The notes under the pieces were generated by a model. The model made no database searches. It worked only from the letters and a program-made list of their open reading frames with translations, and was not told where the DNA came from. A stretch of DNA of 64,000 nucleotides from Takakia lepidozioides (lineage: Eukaryota; Plantae; Bryophyta), in NCBI GenBank assembly GCA_030704615.1, contig CM060732.1, forward strand, positions 76,260,001 to 76,324,000, given 5' to 3'. How positions within the stretch are numbered: position 1 is the first letter of the stretch; each line of letters starts with the position of its first letter. Of this stretch, positions 1-10,652 are shown in pieces. A program made the position numbers and the translations under genes.

Positions 1-1014
1 TTCAAGAATTTTGTCAAGGGCTGTATTCTGGATGGAAAAGAGTCGTTTGTCGGGATTTCGGAGATGCACGTCTTCCGCTTTTTTAAGGATGCCGAGGGCT
101 GGCCCGTCATGAAGTACAAGAAGTCCACTACTGATTCGGATTGGCTTCCAACAAACAATAGCATGAAGATGTGGAAGTCCAATCCGGACAGGACTCCCAA
201 GCTCCCTGAAGGAGACCCAAACGCCGTTCCAAGGAGACCTATTTGGGGAGTCGGGGACGATTCCTCCGAAAAACAGTCATTCATTAAGAATGGAATAAAA
301 AAATACAGGGATTTTTGGACGAAATGAATGATGCTTGACGATCATTACAGAGGTCGAATGGAACAATACGACCAGTACTGGGGAAACATTCTCGCCGAGC
401 TGGATAAGCCAATTCCAGAAACTCCCAAGCGTATTCAGCTTCTTGAGGGATTCTGGCCGAAAACAAATTGGTCCAAGAATCATCACAGAGATGGAATCCA
501 TCCACATATAGTGCCAGATGTGGAAGAAGAGGATGAAATCCTGGAACCTTACTATGGCCCGAGGTATGAGCGACCAAGAATATCCTTGAATCTGTTCAAG
601 GATATTGAGAAAGGGTTTTTTGTGCTTGTTCGCCCTCATGACCCAAGTACGTGCCTGGTCTGGACGGGGGTGACAATATCTGATGGGATCCGCGAAAGGG
701 AGGATCCTAATTTTAAGAAGGTGAAGGTGGAGTGGTGGAGACCGAGAAAAGGTGGTAACCCAATAGACTTGGAAAGGTACATGGACTGTTGGTCAAAACT
801 TTGGGAGTATAACTCGTCAGATCCTCCTCAATGTGTGGACAATGCCTCCACGAAAAATACGACAAGGAATAGCACTAAGAGAATTACTACAGCCGAAGTA
901 ATGAAGGCGCGCGCTAATTTGGAGGAGGCTAATCGTCAGTCAGAAAGCGAGTCGTGCGAGCGAGTTCCAGACCAAGGACATATTGTTGAGGTCAACTCCA
1001 ATATTTCGATTTAA
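1..1014 (+). pseudogene. C-terminal part of a transposon-associated protein, with an in-frame stop at 325-327
   Basis: ORFs 64-327 and 328-1014 are in the same frame and separated by one TGA. The HVFRFFKD..GWPVMKYK and VLVRP..VWTG..KVKVEWWRP segments resemble TE-borne proteins of non-seed plants (from recall, unverified). Confidence 0.4.
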
Positions 1015-1559
1015 TAAATATTTTTTCTTCTTCTCTATATGGCCTTTCTTGTTTGCGTTGGGGGATCCTTTTGTTATCTTCTTATGTCGCAATGAACCTC
1101 GAATGTCTAGTGGACGTTCTCGTCCTTTGTTTCTGGTTTGCTGGATTCTAGCCTGCTGTACGTCCTGGTCAACAAAGAAAACCCTGTGGGGGAGTTTCGC
1201 CTACATAACATATAGATCACAAGAACAAAATGGGCGGGCACGACCACTGGAGTCTTCAAATTCGGTCAAAGAGGTTTTTAACAACGGAAGAAAATAGCCC
1301 ATTTCCAGTCCTTCTCTGAAACATTGGATTTGCTTTTCGCATAACCAATTCTCCCACTGAAGTCTCCCACTAGGAGGAGCCTTACTCAATCGTTATTGAC
1401 ATACTTTTTAATTTGCCAGTCCTGAAGTTTTTTCTCTTAGGTTTTCCTCCATTTTCCCTCTAAGCTCTACGATTTTTCTGCACCAAATTTTCATTTCATT
1501 TCATTTCATTTTCATATTGGCAGGAGGGAAGTCTAGCATATTCTACAGTAGATGGCAGG

Positions 1560-3454
1560 ATGGATGGCTTGGACAAACTGGTGGAATCACAAGGACGTGA
1601 CATGGCAGAATTAAAATTACAGATGCAGAGTATGATTGAGTACCAAAAAGCCATTGTGACGAGATTGGGGATTAATCTACCAGGCGCAGGACCAATGACA
1701 TCTACGATGGATACGTCTACTGTGACAGTATCAAAATGTTTGGAATCCCAATTTCAGACGGTAACTGGTGCTCACTCTAAGCCCTTATGTCTTCCTGTCA
1801 CTGATGATCTTTTGAATTTGACCGAGCAGCAGCAGGATACAGGGAAGGCCAGCTGTGAGGTACACGTGGAAATTCAGCCCTTGCCACGTACAAAGGCAGT
1901 AGCAGTCCAGGGGGGCAATGGTGACAGAGCGGCCGGGCACACCGGATTCTGGTATGCAGGTATGTGGGAGTTTAGATGGGGAGGAAGATGCAGACGGGGA
2001 CAAAACAAACAAGCAGGTTGCTTTAATTTCTCCTGCTCACATGTTGAAGCCAAATGTCAGTTTACTTCCTGGACCAACGAGGAAGCATTTACTAATTCTG
2101 GACTTAAATGGTCTGTTATGTGAATCTTTTCATTCTGTTAATGGGCCTGCATCCCTTCCTAAAGGTTTTGTGGGGAAGATGTGTGGCAAGAAGATGGTAG
2201 TTTTGAGACCACGCTGTTATGACTTTTGCAAAAGTGTTTTGAACACTTTGAGGTGGCGGTGTGGTCTTGTTGCCAATCTCGCAACTTCTTCCCAATGGTG
2301 GACTATATTTTTGTAGCCCACACTAACCTGGTTTTCCAGTGGGATGCCCTTCACTGTGACGAGGATCCAGTCCTCCCATGCCGCAAGGGGTCTGATTCAA
2401 AGCCATTATATTTCAAGAACTTGTCTACAGTGTGGGCAGACTGGCCAGAATGGACTTATGAGGACACTGTTCTTGTTGACGACACACCAAGAAAGGCGGC
2501 AAACAATCCTCCCTTCAGTGGGATTTTTCTAGAGCCATGGAAGGTGCAACCAGATTCACCAACTGATGAGTATCTAACAGAGGTGTTGTGGCCTTTCTTG
2601 TGGAAGGCATCGAAAGCTGCCAGTATTCCCAAGTTTTTGGAGTCTCAGCCTGTTTTCGGACAACAACCATACAACACTGCTACTGTGAAGGTACAAACAT
2701 TCTGACAGTGCTCCAGAGGCTACATTTTTGTGGGTTCATTCATTGCATTGCTTTCCTGGATGCTTCTCCTCGGTTGCTTGATTAATGCTAGGTTTTCTTT
2801 GCAGCTTTTCATGTTGGTTTTTTTTGTTTGATTCATACTTGGATTTTGTTTCTATTCACTATTCCTGTTTGCTCATTGCTTTCCTGGTTGATCTCTGGTC
2901 TGTGACACAGGAACTTGTGACAAACAAAGGTGATATTGTCGACAAGCCGGTACAGACGAGGGGCAAGAGTGTCGACCCGGTGAGTAGCCCCCCAAAAGAG
3001 GTCTCACCACCACTGGAGACTGCAAATGGAGTAAGTCCAGGCCGTTGTCTTGTCTGTTATATTTTTTCCAACCTTGGGGCTCTCTTTAACTCGCAAATGT
3101 TGAGTGTCCTAGTCGTGTGTATGTCATGGGTTTTCACATCGTGTTCTTTTTGTGTGGAGTTGGGATCACAGTTCAGGGTGGGTGACGAGGTTCGGTTGCT
3201 GGATGTGAACTCCAAACGCAAGAAATGTGGAGTAGGGCTGATTGTTGCTCTTCAAGGTGCTTGTGGTGGGTTACGGGTACCCTGCTGTGCCCCTTGATTA
3301 TGCCTGTGTGTACATCAAAGAGGCATGTGTCAGTAACACCCCTCTACCATATGTGAATGGTGTTAGGAAACAGACCGAGTTGGGGCAGGTGGTTGGCCAG
3401 ACAACACTTTGGAGTCTAAAGTTACTGAAACTTATGGAGCTGTGGAAGGGATAG
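1560..3454 (+). pseudogene. Spliced CACTA accessory gene: coiled-coil-like N-terminus, FCP1/SCP (NIF, HAD-like) domain and a TnpA/Tnp1-like C-terminal domain; frameshifted
   Basis: Motifs LLILDLNGLL, LRPRCYDF, FEVAVWS, FKNLSTVW and TVLVDDTPRKAANNP across ORFs 1918-2316 and 2226-2705. Putative GT..AG introns at about 2691-2910 and 3031-3170. The last segment (FRVGDEVRLLD..TPLPY..LGQVVGQTTLW) resembles En/Spm Tnp1-type domains. Confidence 0.65.
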
Positions 3455-3914
3455 TCAGTATTGCACTGTTTAACAGAGTTCTTGATTCTAAGAGCACTAG
3501 AACATACTAGCTACAACAATTCAGCCCATGTGTGGGCTTACTTGTTTTTGGCTGGGCCTTTTGAGGCATGGATTTTTTGACCTTGTGGCTTTTGAGGTGT
3601 CCATTGGGATATTGGTCTCATTTGGATTTTTGTAATGTGATTTATAGGGCTTGTATTGCCCTGTAGTTGACTATTTCCATTCTCTTTGTGGTTGATAGTA
3701 TGCAGGAGGGATCCATTCTATTTTCATGTTGGAATTTCACCATGTAATGAAGATTTTAAATCATTTAATTCACTTTCATTTTAAATAATAATATTAAAAA
3801 TAATACCATTAAAAAAAATCCAAGGCTGCAATCTCCCTGTTCTTTTAAATATTAAATGAAAACTAAAAATTAAAATATGAACATTAAAAATATAAACTAT
3901 TTCGGAAAACAATC

Positions 3915-4620
3915 TTGATGACACGTGGCATCACTCTTGCTCAAACCAGAACACGTGGCAGTATATGACACGACATTCTTTATCCATATTTTCACCACGT
4001 GTAAAGATCCGTAGTCATATATGCTAGTCATATATTTTGTCTGTGTGCCACATGTCACATCTCAAGTGCAACAGGTGTCCCGCTAATATCTCTCCATGTA
4101 GACATCCCTGTAGTCATATGAGCGAGTCATGTAGTCACCACGTGTGAAATTTGCCATAGCACACGTGTCTTGCTAGCGCCTCTCCATGTAGGCATCACTG
4201 TGTAGACATGTAGTCATATGATCATGGCAAGAAGTCGTGACATGTCAAATTCGCAGTGGCGCACGTGTCCATCCGTCGCCTCACCATGTAGGCATCACTT
4301 TGCAGACATATAGTCATATGATCCCCTGACGAATGCATGACGTGTCGCTTGCGTAGTGGCGCACGTGTCCCGCTGAAGCTTCTCCATGTAGGCAGCGCTC
4401 AACAGACAATGTAGTCATATATTAGTCATATAGTTGTGACTGCAACCCTCTCTGCAGCAGGACTCCAGGTGCCACACAAGCAGTCATGGATATGACTTGC
4501 AAAACGCAGTCCTAAAGACTAGTCGCTATGACAGGGCTTTTTTCACTACAGAGTGATGTAGTCATGAACGCATATAAGACTGAAAAAATAGTCATATGTG
4601 AAGTCATAAAAACGCTCATC
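3915..4620. repeat. CACTA subterminal repeat array (units of about 100 bp; GTAGTCATAT and CACGTG motifs)
   Basis: Repeated TAGTCAT(A/G) and CACGTGTC..CTCCATGTAG(G/A)CA blocks are directly visible. Confidence 0.85.
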
Positions 4621-7600
4621 TGTTGTAGTGAGATGAATTGTGGTCCTCGATCAGATACAATGTCCTTCGGGAGTCCATGAATGCGGTAGATATTATTGAG
4701 GAAGAGTCTTGCAGTTTCCTCGCCAGTAACCGTCTTATTACATGGAATGAAATGTGTCATCTTCGTAAAACGATCACAATAACAAAGATTGAGTCGGTGG
4801 TCGTGGAAATTGTAAGGTTTGTAATAAAGTCCATAGACAAGGACGACCATGGACCCTTGGGAATGGGTAATGGTTGAAGAAGGCCGTAAAGTCGATGTCG
4901 TGGTCCCTTCGCCTAGCACAGGTGTCACAAGATTTTACAAATTCTTTCACGAGTTTCCACACCTGCGACTACCAATAGTCCCTGGATATCAATTCCATTG
5001 TTTTGTTGAAGCCGAAATGTCCTACAGCCGGAAGATCATGACATGTTTGAAGAATTTGAAGTCGTGTAGGTCCTGGAGGTACATAGAGAAGTCTCTTGAA
5101 ATAAAGTAAGTCATCTTTGAATTCGAAGTCGTTTATAATATGTGGGTTGTCTCGAGGTCGATTTAGTTGACTTCGTAGTGTTGTGGCAAATTGGTCGTTC
5201 TTCAGTGCTTCCTGAATCTCCTTTATGATCTCTATCGTCATAGGTGGACATGGATAGCATATTCAATTGGAGATTTGCTGGTTTCAAGATGATGGATTTC
5301 TGTTGGTCAAAAGCTGCATCCCCTTCTTTTGGCGCAAGATACGATCGTCGAGAAAGAGCATCTGGTTTTTCTTGAAGATGTCCGGGACGGTAGGTAATAA
5401 CAAAATGAAACCTTGCTAGTGACATCCTCCATCTCGCTTAACGTCGATTCAAAACACGAGCACTCATAAAATACTCGAGGTTTTTGTGATCGGTATAGAC
5501 AGTGACCTAATGTTTAGCTCCCTCCAATAGATGATGCCACTCCTCAAAAGCATCGATAATCGCTAGAAATTCTTTGTCATGGATTTCATAATTGATACAG
5601 CGAAAAATTTGCGAGAACGAAACCCAATAGGATGAAATCGGCCATCTGTACCGTATTGAAAGAGTACCGCGTCAAGTGCAAAGTCCGATGGATTTGCTTC
5701 CAAAAAGAATGGTTTAGATGGGTATGCATGTACCAGTATTGGAGCCGTTGTAAATGCCTGCTTCAGCCTTTCAAATGCTTGGTCGGCCTTCTCGTCCCAT
5801 ACAAATTTGTCATTACCTGTGAGTCGTGTCAATGGTGCAACAATTTTGGAGTAGTCTTTGATGAAGATTCTATAGAAATTTGTAAATCCTAGAAAACATT
5901 GTACATCTCGGACCGAAGTTGGTTTAATCCACTCGATGATGGTTTGTATTTTTTTCTGATCCATAAAGACTCATTCGATGGAAATAATGTAGCCCAAAAA
6001 TTCGACTTCAGATTGGTGGAAAAGACATTTTTCCAACTTGGCATATAGTCATTTTTCTCTCAATTTATCAAGGACAAGGCGTATATGACGACCATTTTCT
6101 TCTTCATTCAATGAAAATATCAAAATGTCGTCCAAATAGATGACTACAAAGTCATCTAAACATTCTCGAAAGATGTCATTCATCATGTGTTGAAAAATTG
6201 CTGGAGCATTTGTAAGACCGAAAGGCATAACACTGTAGTCGAAATATCTGTACCTTGTGCGAAAAGCAGTCTTCTATTTGTCTCCTTCTTTTATTCGTAC
6301 AAGGTTGTAAGCTCATCTCGAGTCGTTCTTTGTGAAAAAAATTGCTCGTCCAAGTTGTTCGAGGAGTCCGGAAGTCAGCGATAGTGGGTAATGATTTTTT
6401 ATAGTGATTTTGTTGAGCCCACGATAGTCCACACACATGCGTAACGATCCGTCCTTCTTCCTCACAAATAAGATAGGTGCTCCCGCGGGTGATTTCGAAT
6501 GTCGAATGAAATTCTTTGACGAATTTTCATCAATGTATTCGCGTAAAGCAGCCAGCTCCGTCTGAGATAAATTGTAGATCGGGCCGAATGGTGGTTGAGC
6601 TCCTTCTTGTAACTCAATTGCACAATCATAAGGTCGATGTTCTAGCAACATGTCTGCATTTTTCTTCTCGAAGACATCCTTGAAATCTTGATATTGAGTG
6701 GATAATGTCGAAGTACCTTGGTCTGTTGTGGTTTTGATCGGAGTCGCATAAAGTGCAAATGTTGCGTCTTTCTTCGTAGCTCTCATGAAGGTTCTAGCTC
6801 CAAGAAACAGGGGTTGAATACCTTTGGTACTTTTGCATTTTTGTCTTGCCGAAATTTTTCGTGATCGCCAGTCGATGTCAGGATTATGAAGTACAAACCA
6901 GGGAAGTCCAAGGATCACAAGATTCGTTGGAGACTGGATGACATTGAAAACAATCTGTGATGCTTGATTTTTAAGCTTCACTTCAAGGGATCAAGTTTCA
7001 TGGTCAATATTTCCTAACGGTCGTCCATCGATGACTTCAACATGGGCCGAAAATTTCTTCTTTACGAGCGTTAGATTGTGTTGCTTCGCAAAGTTTTTGT
7101 CAATAAAACATGCTGAAGCGCCCGAGTCCAAAAGTGCTTGTACGAAGATATCTCGATTTTGCATCCTAATCTTTACTGGAACTATGAAACAAGGTACAGG
7201 GTTTGGAGGTAGAAATAGATTTTTTTTTTTTGAGGAATTTGGGGTGACCAGCCGCATGGTCCCTACTGTCACTGGACATCTTCGTTTTCCGACCTCCTCA
7301 TATCGAACACTTGAGTTGTGCTCCGAGCTTTGAATATTATTTGTTGGGGGCAGTTTAATGCTATGTGATCGTCTTCTCCGCAATAAAGACATAATCCATT
7401 CGAGCGCCGTTTTTGTTTTTCTTGTGGCGTCAATGGCTTGAATCGGACATCATCAATCTGCATAGGATCATTACTGAATGTCTGATGGATTTGTGTTTGG
7501 TGCCGTAGTAGCAGCAACATGGTGCGTCGTCGACCATCCAGATCGCTTCTCTTGACGTCTTTCAAACAAACGATTATCGCATGCAATGACTTGGGTGATG

Positions 7601-8322
7601 AATTCGCTCAGTATACTCACGTTTGATATTGTCAACAACAAATCTTTTACATCATCTTTTAGGCCACATCGAAACTGACTAATGAAGCTCTTCTCATTCC
7701 AGTCGAGGTCGCACGCAAGTTGTCGAAATTCAGCAGCATAAACGGAAGCTGGACGTGCTCCTTGTCGAAGATTTTGCATCTTTGTCTCTGTAACTCTCTC
7801 TCTATCATTCTCTCCAAACGTTATAGTGAAAACGCTTCAAAATTGTATAGTAAATGCAAATTTTTCTCTAATAGCGGTGCAAACCAAGATAGGACAGTGC
7901 CTGATAGAAGGGTGCCCACGAATCCCACTTGAATACCTTCATCAGGGTAGCGTTGTGGATGTAGTCGTAGGAACAATCGTATTTATTGAACAAAACCGCG
8001 AAATCTTAATCTCGTCCCATCAAATTTCTCGGGCATGCTGACCTTTGGTTCCTTTGTAATCTGTTGAAGATTTGGAGGAACCGTTGCAGTATGATTTGTT
8101 GTAGTATGGACTCGTAAGGTTGAAGATCCATTGTTCGACTCCTTCAACTCTGAAATTTGTTGTTGCAAATTGTTGAGAGCGTTGTCAAGATCTTAAGACT
8201 GATCAGCTTGTAGTTGGGCAGTAGAGGCACGAAGTTCTTGCATCTGGAGCTGAAGACTCTGCAATGTGACGACCATTTCCGCAAATGTGCCTTCCATCTT
8301 AACTAACTAAAGAACAAACTTT

Positions 8323-8333
8323 AGTCTCGCCAA
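8323..8333 (-). promoter_or_regulatory. Self-priming primer-binding site (TTGGCGAGACT)
   Basis: Lies 2 nt past the LTR end. It is not tRNA-Met-like and is exactly complementary to the predicted transcript start at 8605-8595. Confidence 0.75.
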
Positions 8334-8335
8334 AC

Positions 8336-8842
8336 TGTCAAGGACGAGAACATGACTCAACACAAACAAGAGATCAAACTAGAGGTACAAGACTATATAA
8401 GAAGTCAAGGTCGGCGTGGCCAAATGCATGATGAGTAAATAGGAATCAAGACGATCTTTATAACAATGAACAAGAGTACAAAATATTGGAACACGACTTG
8501 AATACTGGAATGCTAGAAACTGGACTGGAGTACCAGATACTGGAAACTGGGCTAGAGTACTGGGAACTAGAAACAAGAGTAGCTTGAACTGGTGTTGGCG
8601 AGACTGAAGAGTGTCCAGTCTCGCCTCCTATATATACTGGCTACTAGGAGGTTCCTTAAGATGCTTTCCCGAATGAGGTTTCTTCATTGAGAAGTTTCCT
8701 CCAAAAGAAGCTTCATGAGCAGTTTCCCAAGTTACTCTCGGTAATTTGGTAAACTCTCGATAACTTGGTAACTTATGGTAAATCATGGTAGATCACGGTA
8801 ACTTTTGGTAACATGGTAACTTCTGGTATTACTTCCGTGACA
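8336..8842 (-). repeat. 5' LTR of the Tcn1-like element
   Basis: Bounded by TGTCA..TGACA, with a TATATATA box at 8629-8636 and internal GGTAAC and ACTGG short repeats. Confidence 0.8.
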
Positions 8843-9220
8843 CTAGAAGGAGGATCATCAACGGCTTTACCTGGATCTGCCATCGGCTCTTTCACGATCT
8901 GATCTGGAGACCAAGATCCAGTTGCCGCTTCCAAATTAAGACGCTCTGTCGCAACCATCTCTACACTCTCACTCCTCAATAGAGAACTGTTGCTCCTGTA
9001 AGTCAACTACTCATGCGCCTCAGGTCCAACAAGCCCGAACCGCTCTGATACCAAATGCTACGTTCCTTCTACTCTTTTCTTTCCGTCCCTGTCCACAATT
9101 TGCTTTCAAGTCAGACCAGTTTCTTATTCCAACTTGACATTTACAAATTTACAGATCGTTCCGTTCTGGCATTTTCTTTTGAAAGCTTATATGAACATAA
9201 ACTGACTTTCTATCATGCAC
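8843..9220 (-). mobile_element. 5' fragment of another LTR retrotransposon (short LTR, tRNA-iMet PBS, gag start)
   Basis: TGGTATCAGAGC PBS at 9053-9042, next to an LTR-like end (..TAGCA at 9056). The outer LTR boundary is approximate. Confidence 0.55.
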
Positions 9221-10652
9221 TATACACAGTACTAGAATTCAACATCCAGTCCGCCCAACCACCACACCGACGAACGGTTGCTGGTTCAACAACACTAGGG
9301 ACAGGATTAGCATTAGTAGATAGCAAAAAAACCCCTTTCTGGTCCCACCACAACAAGGCACTCATCTTGCGAGACCTATGCATCTTGTACCACACATCTC
9401 CACGATTCCCTCGAGTAGGCCCAAGCAAAGACACAGGGACGCTAATACGATCAGTCATGCAGGGTGTGGTGGCATATGTTCCCAACTTCAACAACTCCAA
9501 TAAAAGCATAGGATATGTAAAGAAGTTATCAAACACCACTGTGTGACCCACATGGAAGAGCCCTTCCATCATCTTCATCACCACATCAAAACCCTGCCCG
9601 GCTACCCCTTTCCTCTTACAATTCAGCCCAACACTGCCATCTTCAGCTCCCAAATACACTGGAATGTTGTACACAAACTTGGATTCAGCATCAGCCACGC
9701 ACCATACCTTGATACCCCATTTAGTAGGTTTTTTTTTCATGTACTGCCGGAAGGAACAGTACTTACCTGAGTAGGCAATCATCATCTCATCAACAGTAAG
9801 GTATTTTCCAGGGTTATACAAAGTACGACTGATGCACCCCAAGTCCTCTACAAACCAACGACACTTACCCAATCTATCATACTCAGGGCTGGACTTGTCT
9901 TGACACAATGTGTCATTGTCAACCAAATGAAGACATCACATGATGGACTCAAACCTATGTCTCTTCATCACCTTGCGGATGTGTGAGCAAAAAAAAATTG
10001 GGGAAGAATGACACCAATACAACCTCATACTTGGCTGTTTTTTCAGACCCATGTACAAGCATATGCCAATGAATGCCTTCAACTCAGAAACAACCAATGG
10101 AATCCAACCTCCCCCCCCCCTCGTTCTACCAATAATTGGGTCAAGTACATAACAAGCCTGCATATCTGTTGGTCTGACAGCATATACGGACCAGGTTGAC
10201 TCGTGGAAAGAAAAGGTCGAACCAACTCACCCAACAAATCTTGGGGACTTTCCCCAGCCCAATTCCAATTGTCTTCATCATCCGTGTCCCCCTCATAAGC
10301 TGTAGGCTCATCACCATAGTCCTCATCATCAGAAAATTCAGGGATGTCAATGACATCCATCAAGTGCTGTGAGCACATATCCCCTCTACCATTGAGGACC
10401 AGTTTTCCCCTTTTGTCACTTGTGCCATCCCCAAACAAAGTACTAGTGGGCAGCCCAAGCAAATCACATTGCCCAATGTGAAGTGCCCTCAAACCAAGTA
10501 ATGGACCAAACTCAGCCTCCACCATTTTCTCTTGTGAAGGCACCTCAATCCAGGACTGAACAATCTCACCATAACACCAATCTGATGTGGGATCCACCCA
10601 TTCGTGAGACTCACCACAAACCACATGTTGTTTGACTCTAACAGGTACAGCA
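9213..10652 (-). pseudogene. piggyBac-like (PGBD, DDE_Tnp_1_7) transposase, core part
   Basis: ELKAFIGICLYMG, LTVDEMMIAYSG..FRQYMKKKPTKWGIKVW and VVFDNFFT give the first two catalytic Asp. Interrupted at 10652 by the LTR element and truncated before the third Asp. Confidence 0.85.

Larger units (their letters stand above)
1..4630 (+). mobile_element. Right arm of a CACTA (EnSpm)-like DNA transposon; left end lies outside the window
   Basis: Ends in TGTTGTAGTG (4621-4630), the reverse complement of CACTACAACA. It is preceded by about 700 bp of subterminal repeats and abuts a Ty3 integrase that it cuts mid-ORF. How far left the element extends is inferred. Confidence 0.75.
4631..8842 (-). mobile_element. 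Degenerate Ty3/gypsy retrotransposon, Tcn1/Tf1-like (5' LTR, gag, PR, RT, RH, partial INT)
   Basis: gag from ATG at 8297 (PKVSMPEKFDG; CLYCGEDDHIALNC knuckle), protease ALLDSGASACF, RT (KKDGSLRMCVDYRGLN, VIYLDD), RNase H, and integrase ([19 protein letters not shown]) cut at 4631. Many stops and frameshifts. Confidence 0.92.

Noticed and set aside
3915-4620. Repeat-spacer appearance suggesting a CRISPR array
   Set aside because: Eukaryotic context, degenerate units and no cas genes; explained as CACTA subterminal repeats.
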